A stretch of 64,000 nt of DNA from Neophaeotheca triangularis. Its lineage: Eukaryota. Below are positions 11,249 to 24,324 of the stretch, piece after piece (position 1 is the stretch's first letter; each line of letters opens with the position of its first letter). The translations under genes were made by a program, and so were the position numbers. The notes under the pieces are model-generated. The model worked only from the letters and a program-made list of their open reading frames with translations. It did not search any database and had not been told where the DNA came from. The DNA is taken from NCBI GenBank assembly GCA_054600435.1, contig BAAIJX010000032.1, positions 186,001 to 250,000 of the forward strand. Direction: 5' to 3'.

Positions 11249-11947
11249 TTACGCCCAGCCGTTCTCTCGAAGACAAAAGTTGCACCGGCCGTAAGCCCTG
11301 ACAGGAGCTCTTCGGCAGAGACAAGGATACTGGTCCCCGCCTCTCTGCGAGCGTCTGGCGGTCCTCGACGGCTGCTGCTGCTGCTGCTGCTGAGGCGGAG
11401 GCGGCGGCGGCATCGGCAACTGCATCTGTTGCTCGAAACCACTGTCCAGACTCTTGGGGCTATCGCCACCACTGCTGCTCTCCCCCGACCCGGGCTCGGT
11501 GTACCCGCCGCTGCTGCTGTTGGAGTCCCGATTGCTCCTCCTGCCGGTGCCGATGGGTGCCGGGAGCCCTTGCACGATGCCGCCGTCGGACCTCTGGCCG
11601 GCGCGCTGGCCCGGGTACATGCCGTCGTTGACGGAGAAGTTGCGGCAGATCATCCAGGCTTTGGTGGCGGCGCCCTCCCTGGCTAGGACGTCCGACTGGT
11701 ATGGGACGTCGGTGCAGTACTCTCTGTTGTTGACGCGCACTTTGCAGAAATGGCCCTGGCGGGTTGTGTATGATTCGTAAGAGGGATCGGGCCATTGACG
11801 TCGCTCGCAGAGACCTGTGTGTGTGGGCGAAGGAGGTGTGGTCAGCAAAACCCCGAATGGCTTGTACTTGCGGCGTTCATTGTTCAGATGTGGAAGAGCG
11901 CTTTGGGCAGACGTACCTGACAGATACATGGAATAAAACCCGAACAT
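11249..11947 (-). CDS. Small protein with N-terminal dsRBD-like fold and C-terminal Cys motif (~198 aa; exons 11947-11917, 11814-11249)
   Basis: Spliced MFGFYSMYLSGLCERRQWPDPSYESYTTRQGHFCKVRVNNREYCTDVPYQSDVLAREGAATKAWMIC fits the alpha-beta-beta-beta-alpha dsRBD pattern (L..LC......P.Y ... F.C.V.V ... A+..AA..A). GTACGT..CAG intron at 11916-11815. The start codon is uncertain (11947 or 11929). Confidence 0.65.
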   Translation of the reverse strand: MFGFYSMYLSGTSAQSALPHLNNERRKYKPFGVLLTTPPSPTHTGLCERRQWPDPSYESYTTRQGHFCKVRVNNREYCTDVPYQSDVLAREGAATKAWMICRNFSVNDGMYPGQRAGQRSDGGIVQGLPAPIGTGRRSNRDSNSSSGGYTEPGSGESSSGGDSPKSLDSGFEQQMQLPMPPPPPPQQQQQQQPSRTARRSQRGGDQYPCLCRRAPVRAYGRCNFCLRENGWA

Positions 11948-13327
11948 GGCCACCCTGCCAATCGGCGACTTTCCTTTGTCTACCAAGTGAGCGTGCCCGA
12001 GATGTGGCTACAATAGTACAATTCGATTTCCAATCAACGGATACGGCAATGTGCGTGTGATGTGCCTCCCAATGTCGAGCGGTATGTTTCACAGCAGCGA
12101 TTGCTCGATCACACGTTGCGGTGGTTGTTGGGTACACGCTGTTGGTGGGAAGGCAGTTATGCAATGGGTGCTGAAAGGGGGGAGGCCAGAAGGGGAGGCG
12201 GGTCCAGGTGTATTTGAGGCTCACGACTGCAATGAAAGGAAGATGGCAATTGTGGCTCCAGGAGAGACATGAAGCATGAAATGCAGATGACACTACGCTG
12301 ATGCGACACCGGTGGAGCGGTACGTCCCATGTTAGCAGACTTAGTAGAGACGAGCGAGTGTATTGCGGTGGGAGACTACTCGGCAGACAGGGCCCGTAGG
12401 TTGATGTGTTGGCGTGCATTTCGGCCACAGCTTCGCTCGCGGTTGAGGCGTAGGGAGGGAATGACGGGAGCTTTTGGCTCGCAGCAACGACAAGCAGGTG
12501 CAGATCACGTTGCCCAGACCCCGCACGCAGAGGTAACGAGGATACCAGGCGAAGAGTACTGTCTGTCCGTCTGTCTGTCCTTCAAAGCGCTCGGTGCAGC
12601 TATGGTGGGTCAATAGCAGCAGAGCCATGTTGTGCAGCGCCGGTCGATAACGCAGTGGCGGAAGGCCAGGAGTGGTGTAATTGGAGACTTTAATCCCCTG
12701 AGTGAGCTTGGGTGACTTGACAGACATTGGGCTCCGCAACGGCTTCATCCAGACCGTGGGGTAGACGACTAGACGTAGAAGATGTGACCATGTTAATATT
12801 GTTGCCGACGGAGACTACTGCAGGTGCTGACCACGTCAATGCTGCAGATCTTTCGAGTCTTTCTTCACCACTAACCAAGAGAGGTGCGAGTGAGCACGGC
12901 GATGCCCAACGTGGAACGTTTCGCTCAATATTTAGTAGGGATGACTACCTAAACTAACGATTATAACAATCTTAATGCCACAGGCTGGGAAGAGGGGTGG
13001 TGAGTCGAGCGCATGTTATCCATCCGAGTCGTGAGAAGGGCAGACGTTGTAGCCTGTACCTCTCCAGGCTATTGTACCTCCATAGGACTTGAGCCCGTTA
13101 TTACAAAGCTCGTGCCACTGCTCACCTCACTTCCAAGGCTACATATTTACTAGCTGCATGCTTCGTCGGAAGGCTATGTACTTTGTACTTTGTACTTTGT
13201 ACACTGATGATGATGAGACAAAGGCGGACGCGGGCCCCGGCCATGTGTTGTCAATGGAACAGCGCCTAGTGTAGTGTAGTGCAGCGCCAGCAGCCACTGA
13301 CTGCCGCCATTACTGAGCGCAATCTAC

Positions 13328-13364
13328 CTAGACCTACCTTACCTTACCTTACCTTACCTACCTA
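13328..13364. repeat. (CCTTA/CCTA)n simple repeat
   Basis: tagacctaccttaccttaccttaccttacctacctag. Confidence 0.8.
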
Positions 13365-13620
13365 GAGACCGCATATGGCATATGGCAGCCGATTGATGGT
13401 GACGCCAGGCTTTCACAGTGGACGGGAGTCTTTCAGCCTCGTCCCATCTGTTATCCGGAGAAATCACTGCCAGGGCGCGGTGCAAATTGGTACCTAGGTA
13501 GTACCGGGAAGCCACCACGAGAATAGACGGGACGTTCCAACAAAGTACGTGGATGATGGTGGTGATGAGGGTATCTAGTCCGCTGGCAGAATTGGAAGAC
13601 GGGTTGCATTACCCTATTAT

Positions 13621-13660
13621 TGACGAGCATTGACGAGCATTGACGAGCATTGACGAGCAT
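13621..13660. repeat. Perfect 10-bp tandem repeat (TGACGAGCAT)x4
   Basis: Four identical consecutive units are directly visible. Confidence 0.95.
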
Positions 13661-14442
13661 TGTGTGGCAGTTGCTCATTCGTTGGGGGGGGGGAGTCATG
13701 CAACCTGCAACTTGATGCATTGATGCAAGGCTCCGGCTCAATACTACCTTACTGTATGGCAGTATGCACTCTACGTAGCCGCAGCCCGATTAATACAGTG
13801 AATAAGTAATAACACAATATTAACAAGACAGTAGTAGACACGGGCGGTGAAGACGATGAACGTTTTCGTCCTGTCTAGCGTACTAACAAGCGTAGTAGTA
13901 GGTACTAAGGTATTTTTAATAATTCTTGCTACGCGCGACTACCGAATTGAGGCTCCTCACATAAGAAATACCTTACTGTTCCTAGGTGATGGCAACAATC
14001 TTGTCGCCTCCTAGGAGGTCCGGAGGTAGTGTAGTGTAGTGTTTACGATGCCGACAGCTCCCGGCGGATTGTCGGATGCCGTCGACCTCACCTCTAATAT
14101 CCGTTTCCTAATAGAACAACAACAACGGATAGAAAGCTGCTCTCATCGGCCAGCATCTTCGGACTGGAATGGCGTGCAACGAAAAGACAGTAGGAGGTTT
14201 TTGGGCAAAGTAAATTCCCGTGCATGCAGTGCATGGCCCCTTCGGACTTTGACACGCTGCCCTCCGAAAGTCAAGATATCATGATTTGACTTCTGGAAGC
14301 TTGGAAGCCCGGCATGATGGAGAGAGCTGGAGCGTTCAAAATCAGACACCTGTCTCCATGCTGAATTCATACCCAACCGACACCAATACACATGATCTTG
14401 AGGAAAACGTTGACAACATCAGCCCGCCGATTCACAGCCAAC

Positions 14443-14836
14443 ATGCCCATCCAGAGAATCACCTGCTTCAAGGTCCCCGACAAGGCCAACATCCAGCCAA
14501 TCTTGGACGCCTACAAAGTCGTAGCATCGTCCAACGAGAAAGTCGGTCTGCACTGCTCCGCTGGTGTGATGATTTTATATATGTTTTTCGCCAGTCGCTG
14601 ACATGAGAGCTATAATAATACATTAGGACGGTAAAGCCTACATCATCTCCTGCACCGCGGGTCAGACTTTCGACGATCCTCGGCGCCAGGGTTACGACAT
14701 CGTCGCCACCACCACCTTCCATTCGCTCGCCGACATGCAATGGTACGACACGGATTGTCCCGCTCATCAACAAGTCAAGGCTGCCGCCAAAGGCAAAATC
14801 GAGCCACCGCCGCTCTGCGTGTATTATGAGATTTGA
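14443..14836 (+). CDS. Stress-responsive A/B barrel (Dabb-family) protein, 102 aa; exons 14443-14541, 14627-14836
   Basis: Spliced MPIQRITCFKVPDKANIQPILDAYKVVASSNEK|DGKAYIISCTAGQTFDDPRRQGYDIVATTTFHSLADMQWYDTDCPAHQQVK shows the Dabb pattern (RI..FK ... G.T..F.S..D...Y....PAH). Intron GTCGGT..GCTGAC..TAG. Confidence 0.8.
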
Positions 14837-14988
14837 TTGCTCCAAGTGATGCACTGGGCTTGACCGACGACATGGAGTATCGACGTGCGAGCACTTGAGG
14901 GGGTCAATCGTAAATCAATGTAGCTAAGAAAAAACCTGGGTATCTTCGCGCCCTCTAATATACGCCGGTGCATCCATGTCCATCAGCC

Positions 14989-17109
14989 CTATTTCTTGCG
15001 GCCCTTTCCTTTGCCCTTGGGTCGTCCCGGCGCGCTGGCGCTACCATCCACAACCTCTTCGCCTTGAGCTTGAAGCTCTTTGACTTTCTCCTGACTCGAG
15101 ATGAACATGGTGAGGTCGTGGTTCATCTCTTCCAGATCCTTTTTCTCCTCCCTTGCTTTGAGCGCTTCAGATTGAGCCGCTTCCGCTTGTTCGTCTGCCG
15201 CCTTGATCCGTTTCAAAAGGCCTTCATTCATCGTCTTTTCCTCCCGAAGTTGCTTCGACATGTCACGGGCCATCTGTTCGAACTTAGCCCTGCTCCTGTC
15301 TGATTTTTCAAGCGACAGCTCTAGTCGTTCGAGGGCAGACTTGGCCTCATCTCGCTCCGCATTCGCATCTTCGAGCTCTCTCACGGCGGTCTGGGCGCTG
15401 GCAGCGGCTTGCTCCGCCCTCGCCACTGCTTGACCCGCTTTATCGACTGCCCGCTCGACTTGTTCCTCGAAATACCGGCGCTGGCCCTCGAGCTGGCTAC
15501 TCAACAAGTACGTGTACTCGTTCGCCATGTTCTCCATCTTTTCCCGCGGCACACTCTCTCCCCCTTCAGCTCGAAAGGCCTCATTCTCATGGCGGTCCCG
15601 GGCCGGGAGATCGATCAAGCTGCTGTCGGGTTTAGACTGGATCAGCCGATGCACATAGCCGTCACCGGCGTAGTCCCAGACATGCTGTGTGCTAATGTCC
15701 ATCGCGTAGCAATGGCTCGTCGCTTCGTAGTGGGCATACGCGTGCGCACTGTCGTAGCGCCCACAACCGATGTTGCCGCAGATCAAACAGATCCAGAGGT
15801 TCGAGCTCGTGGTGCATACAGCGCACACAGGATCGGATTCTGGCTCTATCGCGCTGATTGCGCTGTGAGATGGTCGTGGGTAGGGAAAAGTGTAAGACGG
15901 AGAATGAGTGTAGCGGCAGACTGGGCATCCAGAGCCACGCCATTTCTCCAAGCATGCGCAATGGAAGACGTGCTGGCAGAGAATCGTGAGTAGCCCTGTA
16001 GTCTCGTCCATGCGCTCCAGACAAACGGGGCAAGTTGGCAATTCCAGTAGGTTCGGCGGTGGCGGGGCATAGGGCTTGTTTGAAAGAGCTTTTGAACCGA
16101 GTGCCTTCGTAGACATGGTACTAGGCGTGAAGGGATCGTTGGTGTTTTGTGGGAAGCTGCTTACATCGTCGGTTTCGGTATCGGGGGTCAAGAACTCGAC
16201 GGATCTGATGAAAACAACATGGCAGTTCTCGGGCTCAGCAGCACTGAATAGCCTGCCATTGTTCGCCTTCTGCCATTCTCTCGCTTTCCTCGCCGACTTG
16301 AACTTCATAAGTACCATGTACTTGTTGGCCCTATCCGTTCTTATCAGGCGAAAGTGGGAGACATCTTCTCGCGCGCGGTCGCCAACAAAGCCCAGTAGGT
16401 CTGAAGGCATCATCCAAGAAGGTACCGCCAGAATGCAAACCGTAGTGCACTGTTCCGGATCGAATGCCTGCTGCTGATCACCTGAGCGTGCCACCTCTGA
16501 GCTTTTGCGCGAACGTGGCATATCGTGGTCCTCCAGCGTCTCCTCAGCGTCGCGGTAGAGGCGAACCACTCCCCAACCAACCTCCGTTGTCTTCGGGTCT
16601 GAGGGCAGATAGACAGCCTTTGTGTGCAGCCCGCTTGCCGTGTTCTTTCCCGCAGCCGCCTTACTAGCCGAAGGAGACGCCATCATGTCAATACTCTCGA
16701 TCGATATCGGCCCGTATCTCCAATCTCTTGAAGTTTTCTCATTCGACAGCCTGGCAGGAACGAGCGCCGGCGACTCAGGTTGATCGCGGAGGTTTGCGCT
16801 CTTCTCGGGTAACAAGAAGGCGTCGAGATGCGGTTCTCCGGTGGTTTGCGATCGAAGTGGTGAAGCACTAGTACCGGAGGATGCTGTTGTTGAAGGTGTT
16901 CCTGGTGTAGCGGGTCGTTTTTTATTGAAATGGTATGAACTCCACTGAGACGTTTGGTGAGCCGGCAGCTCTGTCTCGAAGACGTCTGTCTCCCTGGAAG
17001 GCAAGTAAGGTGCCTTTCTTGGTAGCTCTGCGACAGGATGGTGCTTTGATGAGGGCTTGAGGGGCGCAGGATAGAGCTCCAGCTTCAGATGGAAATAGTA
17101 CGACGGCAT
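14989..17109 (-). CDS. ETP1: BRAP2/Etp1-type E3 ubiquitin ligase (BRAP2 domain, RING-H2, ZnF-UBP, coiled coil), 706 aa
   Basis: LELPTCPVCLERMDETTGLLTILCQHVFHCACLEKWRGSGCPVCRY (RING-H2), NLWICLICGNIGCGRYDSAHAYAHY...VWDYAGDGYVHRLIQ (ZnF-UBP), YLLSSQLEGQRRYFE coiled coil. Confidence 0.92.
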   Translation of the reverse strand: MPSYYFHLKLELYPAPLKPSSKHHPVAELPRKAPYLPSRETDVFETELPAHQTSQWSSYHFNKKRPATPGTPSTTASSGTSASPLRSQTTGEPHLDAFLLPEKSANLRDQPESPALVPARLSNEKTSRDWRYGPISIESIDMMASPSASKAAAGKNTASGLHTKAVYLPSDPKTTEVGWGVVRLYRDAEETLEDHDMPRSRKSSEVARSGDQQQAFDPEQCTTVCILAVPSWMMPSDLLGFVGDRAREDVSHFRLIRTDRANKYMVLMKFKSARKAREWQKANNGRLFSAAEPENCHVVFIRSVEFLTPDTETDDVSSFPQNTNDPFTPSTMSTKALGSKALSNKPYAPPPPNLLELPTCPVCLERMDETTGLLTILCQHVFHCACLEKWRGSGCPVCRYTHSPSYTFPYPRPSHSAISAIEPESDPVCAVCTTSSNLWICLICGNIGCGRYDSAHAYAHYEATSHCYAMDISTQHVWDYAGDGYVHRLIQSKPDSSLIDLPARDRHENEAFRAEGGESVPREKMENMANEYTYLLSSQLEGQRRYFEEQVERAVDKAGQAVARAEQAAASAQTAVRELEDANAERDEAKSALERLELSLEKSDRSRAKFEQMARDMSKQLREEKTMNEGLLKRIKAADEQAEAAQSEALKAREEKKDLEEMNHDLTMFISSQEKVKELQAQGEEVVDGSASAPGRPKGKGKGRKK

Positions 17110-17518
17110 TTGGTCAGACCCGACGTGCTATAGCCGACCATTACTGAGCGAGCCAGGCTCAGCTCGTCGACGGCAAAGTAGCAAGCATATCGAAGGGTAC
17201 AGTTGTTGCTTGCGGTAACAGAGTAAGCAATTCTCAAATGTTGTTCACACCGGGCTGATCCGTGCAGCAACAATGATGTAGTTCGGTACAACGTGGGAGC
17301 ACGAGCTGAGGGCGGAGCTGGAGTGTGCTAGAACATTATGATACTGGCATACACAGCAACACACGAAATAAATGTCAGAATTAAAGAGATGGGACTCGTA
17401 TGGGCCCTCTGGCCGCTGCATTTTCTATGCTACGGTGTCTGCATAATCATCACGCTGCAAATGCAACGGAGTTGTGAACCCGCTTCCAGAACGCCATCGT
17501 AACCATTGCATGTCGACC

Positions 17519-18294
<776 letters not shown>

Positions 18295-19132
18295 GGTGAA
18301 GTCGATGTGGTGTGTTTGTGGTAATGGATGTGGAGTGGAAGTTGTTGGTCGATCAGGTGTTGGTGAAGAGAGTAGGAGGACTGGACAACAGGGGAGGTAA
18401 GGTGGGTAGATGGTTGTAAGGCAGTAGGTTGGCGGTGGAAGGCGGACCGTTTATGTAGGCAACAACGGCAAGCAACCCCGTGGCGACAACAGGGAGGGCA
18501 AGCGGGCGACATGTGACTTCACTATCGGCTCTCAGCCACTTGTCGCGTTGCGTCAGGTCGTTAGCGTTGGGCGTCTTGGCGCCGATGACGGATTGGATCC
18601 GATCGTTCTGGTCGCTTCCAAATCGCTTTCCCATTCACTGTGTAATAAGGTACTTAGGCAAAGTAGATACTAGGAAAGTATTATTCACTACTACCTAGCT
18701 ATGAACTATCACACCACATGCGCTTTTTATGTGTTACCGAGCTTATAGTTGCAGACGCGGTTGTTTAAGAACAACGCCACGCTAACCAGGCTATCTATCT
18801 AGTCTAGTACCTTAGTCAGGGACGCGCGGGGAGGACTCCGCCGCTCCGCTGCCTTATCGACGTTACCAAGAATACAGCACCTTTCCACGCCTTACTACGC
18901 CTTGCCTTACTTAGGTATCCACCGCAGTGACCGGCGGCGCGAAGAAGGAGGTGCCCTGTGACAAGTCAAGAGGCTACCATGAGCTTGCAACCTACCTAGG
19001 TACATAGTAACAAAGACAATCTGCTTACATCCCGATTTCATGCCGATCCCCCCATCAAGATGCACACAACTTGAACAAAGTATTGAGATACAAAAGGCCG
19101 AGCTATTCTCACGGAAACGCCGCCATCTGCAA

Positions 19133-20785
19133 CTAGAGCGGCCGCCGCCCGTATGTTACCGGCATTGGAAAGTATGCATGTATCTTGCGGTTCCTCAAGT
19201 CACTGGCCACCTTTGCAACCAAGACATCAACCTCTTCCTTCTTCCAGCCGAGTCCCCTTGTCAGCAACGCCAAGCAGAAGCCTTCCAACCCCTCGACGAC
19301 ATTGACTTGATTCCACCTGCCCAGCTCCTTCATATAAGGGTCTTTCGGCCATGGGTTTGACGGCCACATGAACATTCGCTGCGTCACTTCGGTGAAGCCC
19401 GCATCCAACATCATCTGGACGTAGCAATCGCTCACATCTGATCCCATCGGCCGGCCGAAGACTCTCGCGGCCTCGCAAAGCAATTCTCCCCAACGCTGAA
19501 CGCTTGTGCCCTCGTGCGTCCCATCGGCCGAGCGAACAGGCAGGCCGTAGTCCTGGAGCTCCAACCAGCCGCCTGGCTCGAGGTTGCTAGCACGACATGT
19601 TAGTGTCATGATAATGCTGCCAGCTTATTGATTTAATCTTCTTACTCGTAAGCTTGTCGAAAGAACTTTGGCCAGTCCGCAAAGCAGCCGGCCATCAACC
19701 GGGCGTGGATGAAGTCAAAGGGTCTGTCGTAGAGCCATTGATCCTCTGAGGTCCAGATGTCAGTAGCTTTTTGTCACACAGCACAGCGCAAGGACACCGT
19801 ACCAGCGTCATCGATGAGGAACTTCAGATTGGGGGGTACCCTGCGACCACTTGTTAGTGAGGCATCAAGAGAAAGGGCCCGATTGTACACCTACATCGTG
19901 GGCTGTCCAGGGCTGAGATCTATACCGAGGACATCACATTCTGGGTACTGATCGGCTGTTGGAGAGCGAGGTTTGATCAGCTCAAGGCACTCTGGTACCT
20001 CGTTTGAAGGTGGTGAGCTCACCCAAGTCCAAAGCCCAAATTCCGGTTCCGGTTCCGACGTCTAGACAGTTCTTGGGGTTCGTCAGGGGTGAGAAAAACA
20101 GCTTGTTATCGAAGCTGAGACTGAAAAGATGATGCTGTAGGTCCAAACGATCGGCTTCGCGCTCATCGTTGGGAAAAATGTATTTTCCGTCGTGATATGC
20201 TGCGGCGGCGGCGGCGTCAGCTAGCGACGGAAACTATACGATGGCTTTCGCTTCACGTACCATGATAAGTGCGCCCGTGCTCTTTGCGGTAGTTGAAGAT
20301 TGAGTCGCTCAGGCTCGCCGTTCTACTTGACCTGCGCTCCATGTTAGCGATCTGCAAATTGCTGCGAGTACCACGCGGTGGGCATTCATGAAGATAAACA
20401 CCTACGTATCGCTTCCTAGCGCAGAATCACTCTCGTCATCCTGGAGAGATCAGTGTGAGACAGGTAGTCAGTCTACGCCTCTAGGCGTCTCGCCCCGCCA
20501 AATTGAAGCGGAACTGTTAAAACCTACATCAGCCTGGAGATCTTGCTCAACAGCCAGATGCCCGTCAGCGGCGGTGTCTGGGGCAGCATCTGCGACAGCC
20601 ACCACGGCTACATTCTCCTCTGGGGTCTCGGTCTGCGCGGTGGCCTCTGCCTCGTGCTGTTCAATATCCACACCCTGTCTTGGGCTCAAAGACGCAGCAT
20701 CCACCGAGTCATCGGCTTGCGGGGGGCCATGATCTGGGTAAGCCGGCTGAGCCATTGGGGTCTTGGTGCTCGTGGAGGGTTCCAT
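19133..20785 (-). CDS. LaeA-like class I SAM-dependent methyltransferase (~397 aa, 8 exons)
   Basis: Exons 20785-20528, 20440-20406, 20331-20261, 20199-20023, 19955-19895, 19840-19803, 19745-19646 and 19586-19133 give YRKEHGRTYHAYHDGKYIFPNDEREADRLDLQH, CLDVGTGTGIWA, GIDLSP, VPPNLKFLIDDAE, FDFIHAR and LEPGGWLELQD. All introns are GT-AG and the total length is divisible by 3. Confidence 0.92.
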
Positions 20786-21960
20786 GGGATTGAGTGGTCT
20801 CTGCACCTCCTATCTGGCGTCTTGCCACGAGCTGTGGCGTCTGATCAGCACGCAAAACACCCGAATCCGCAGACTATGCTGCCTTGTGCTGCGTGAGAGT
20901 CTGCAGGGCGTTTGAGTCGCGTGGCAGACACGTGGGTAAAGTTCCGCGTGGCGTTGTGCGTACGAGAATAGACAAAGATAGAGGATAGGTGCGGAAGGTT
21001 GCAATGCGCAAAGACTGAGGAACGATGGTACTTATATGATGCTGCTGCTGGAGACGTATGAACGGTACGGTTCGAGGGTGACCGTGCGGCTCGCAACACC
21101 GACACAATGGCCCTCTTGTCCCACCTGGAACTTGTGGCATGGGTTTGCCTGATTTTGACAGTAGTGAAGTCGAACCTAACGGAACATGAGAGCTCACGAG
21201 CTCGAGGTCGTAGCCCGCAACCTCATGACAGACAGGTTGCCGTATGGAGCTCATGGGTGGCGTTGACCCAGGCTGTCACAACTAACTAGTGGCTGTCGTG
21301 AGACGAAGACTTGACGCTGTGCTCCCCTCGCACGTTGCGGCGGCGGGAGCAGCTCGGCAGATGGTGGCTAGAGGTCTGGTTGGATGTACTATATAGTAGT
21401 ATGCAGGTGTGAAGCTGCGATAACCTGGCTATTTCCTACATGCGTTCGTTTCGAGAGCCTCGGGCTGAGGTGTGGTTGTCAACCGATTGGAAGTACCTAG
21501 CACCTACAACACAGTACATAGCTGTGAGGGGAGGGAGGGAGGTGAATAGATTAATCCACTACTACTAGTACTGTACTGTACATATGTAATTACAGGTACT
21601 GTACTCTGCCCCGCCCCTTCATCACACTTCTCCAAAGAACCTGGAACGCATCCCAACTCTCCACTCTCCACTCTCCACCCAGCCGGTAAACGATACATCA
21701 CAAACTTCAGACTACCCACTACCTTGCGAACTTGCCTACCTACTGCGACGAGTGTTGGAATTGTAAGCATCGACGTCTCTGTCTGTCGACGCCGATCGCC
21801 AGAAAGAGTCTCGAAATCCCGACACCGCGGTTCTGTGGTCGTCGGACCACCACCCACCGCGCTGCACGCCGCTCGAAAAAGTACAGTAGCCCTCCCTCTA
21901 CGGCATTGTACGGCCTCGTCCGACCGATTCATCATTCGCCGGGCTCTCTTGAGTCTTGAC

Positions 21961-23744
21961 ATGGCCCCAATATTCTTACTTGCTGCCGTAGCTGCTATCG
22001 TCATCTTCTTCATCGTGCGCAAGATTCGCACCTACTTCGCACTCACTGACTTCGATGGCCACTGGTCCGCTGGATGGTCTCGCATCTGGCTGCTCAATAC
22101 CCAGAGCAGCGGCCAGATGAATGTCAAGTTCAAGGCTCTAAACGACAGATATGGTGAGTACAGCGAGCTAGCTTAACCCCTACCCGCTCTGCTGGGAACC
22201 GGAATCGCGCGACGAATGCCACCCCTAGACACTGTTCGAGTTGCACATGTGTTGTGCGAACGCTTTGCTACAGGATGCGAAACGAAAAAACTTGTAGAAG
22301 CCAGCATCAGCCGTAGTGCCATCAGCGCTGACCATGATTCGTAGGCAGCACAGCACGCATTGGGCCGCGCATGCTCATCACCAGTGACCCCGAGCTTTTC
22401 CGACGGATGAACGCTGTGCGTAGTGTCTTCACACGAGGTCCCTGGTACAGCGCTCTGAAACTCCATCCCGAGCGCGACAACATCACCTCTCATGTTGACG
22501 AACGAATCCATGCCGACCTTCGCGCTCGTATGGCTCCTGGCTATTCGGGCAAGGAGAACGTACACCTGGAGCAAGATGTCGATGAGAAGCTGCTGCAAAT
22601 GCTAGAGTTGATCCAGACCAACTATGTCACAAAGCCCGAGGTGAACCTGTTCCGAACCATGGACATCAGTCGCGTTACATCCTACTTCACGCTGGACGTC
22701 ATCTCAAAGGTGGCTTTCGGGCAAACCTTTGGCTTTCTCGACAGAGACGAAGATCCTTTCGGCTATATCGAGAATCTAATGGAATTCCTGCCAGCAATCA
22801 TTGTCATGGGGGTCTACACCGAGCTTCAGCAAATCATGAAGGCGCCCGTCATCAAATCTATGCTCCCCCGATCCACAGACAAAAGGGGACTGGGCCGTGT
22901 CATGGGGTTTGCTCGTGATCGTGTTCAGGAGCGATTTGGCCCAAAGCGGATAGTCAGGCAGGATATGCTCAACGCTTTCATCAAGAAAGGCCTCACGCAA
23001 GGTGAATTGGAGTCTGAAACTCTGACCCAAATCACCGCTGGATCAGACAGCACTGCTTCGAGTCTCCGGATGACGCTGCACTTCATATCAACGTCACCTC
23101 CCATTTTGCAGCGTCTCTTGGTGGAGGCGGACACAGCAGTGGCAGAGGGACGCATATCCCGTCCTATCATCAAAGACTCGGAAGCACGGCAATTGCCATA
23201 TCTGCAAGCTTGCATCAAGGAGGGTCTTCGCATCTATCCCCCAGTAACTGGTCTCATGGCCAAGATGGTCCCTCGTGGAGGCGCAATGATTGAAGTCAAT
23301 GGTCAGGAGAAGTTTGCACCCACTGGTACGCAGGTGGGTTGGAATAGCTGGGGCATGATGCACGACTGTAACGTGTTCGGCGCCGACGCTGAGATCTATC
23401 GCCCCGAAAGATGGCTGCCCAAGGACGACAGCGAGAAGGAAGCGCAACGAGTTGGAAGAATGACCGACACTGTGGCGTTGGTCTTTGGGTATGGACGATT
23501 CGGGTGTCTGGGCCGTGGCGTGGCAACGATGGAGCTCAACAAGGCCATTGTCGAGACGCTGCTGCGCTTCAATCTCCAGCCATGCAGTCTTTCGAAGCCT
23601 TTCGACGAGATGTGCGTCGGCTTCTATGTTCACACGAACATGAACTTCGTCGTCACTTCGCGGAAGGACGAGACGGAGATCAGGGCAGAGGCGTGTGTAT
23701 TGAGAGGGCCGGTTGATGCTCTGCCAGGGGCTTCTGAGGTGTGA
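21961..23744 (+). CDS. Cytochrome P450 monooxygenase (pisatin-demethylase-like), 530 aa; exons 21961-22153, 22345-23744
   Basis: N-terminal membrane anchor, AGSDST I-helix, EGLR (ExxR), PERW, and heme motif FGYGRFGCLG. Intron GTGAGT..CTGAC..TAG joins RYG|STARIGP. Confidence 0.94.
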
Positions 23745-24324
23745 GAGATACCGATTGGCGTTGAACTGTGACCAAGAGACAGGGGATGAGACAGCTTCGG
23801 AGAGGTTATGCGCATCCTCTCCTTCCAGATAGCTCGTGTGTAATGGAGAACAGTACATACACTGCGTGTTGGTGCGACGGTAACTGTAGTGCGGAAGTAC
23901 ATGCGGTGCAAACATGCAGTATTCTAGTGCGAGGTTTAATGGAAAAGCGTAAAAAAGCCGTCTGGCACGTGCCAGGGGGGGAGGCTTGTGGAGTTTTGAA
24001 GACAGCCCGAGGGGAGAGACCAGAGACCCTGGGCTGGCACGGCTGGGGAAGAGAAGAACCTTATTAGACGTACCTCGTACTTCGGACGACGCGCAATTCA
24101 CAAGCACAATGTACCAGCAGGTACCTTGGATTGCTGCTGTTACTTCTAACTTACTACATACGACCTTAGTACATACAGTACATCCTTCTAATAAGTTACC
24201 TGCGCACGCACTGTTAGGCCTCATGCGATAACAACAACCATCACCGCGCTCTCATGCCTCCTCTTCTCCGTCACTCATTAGACATTCCCTCGAGTGCACT
24301 TTGCGCCGCATTCTGCACCGCAAC

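Noticed and set aside
13621..13660. Direct repeats considered as CRISPR-like
   Set aside because: The units are contiguous with no spacers, the context is eukaryotic, and there are no cas genes.
18600..18632. TTC triplets spaced about 10 bp apart upstream of polyubiquitin (possible heat-shock element)
   Set aside because: Only two are in register, which is insufficient for an HSE call.
23094..24224. 376-aa minus-strand ORF
   Set aside because: It is mostly antisense to the P450 and its 3' region and has no domain features.
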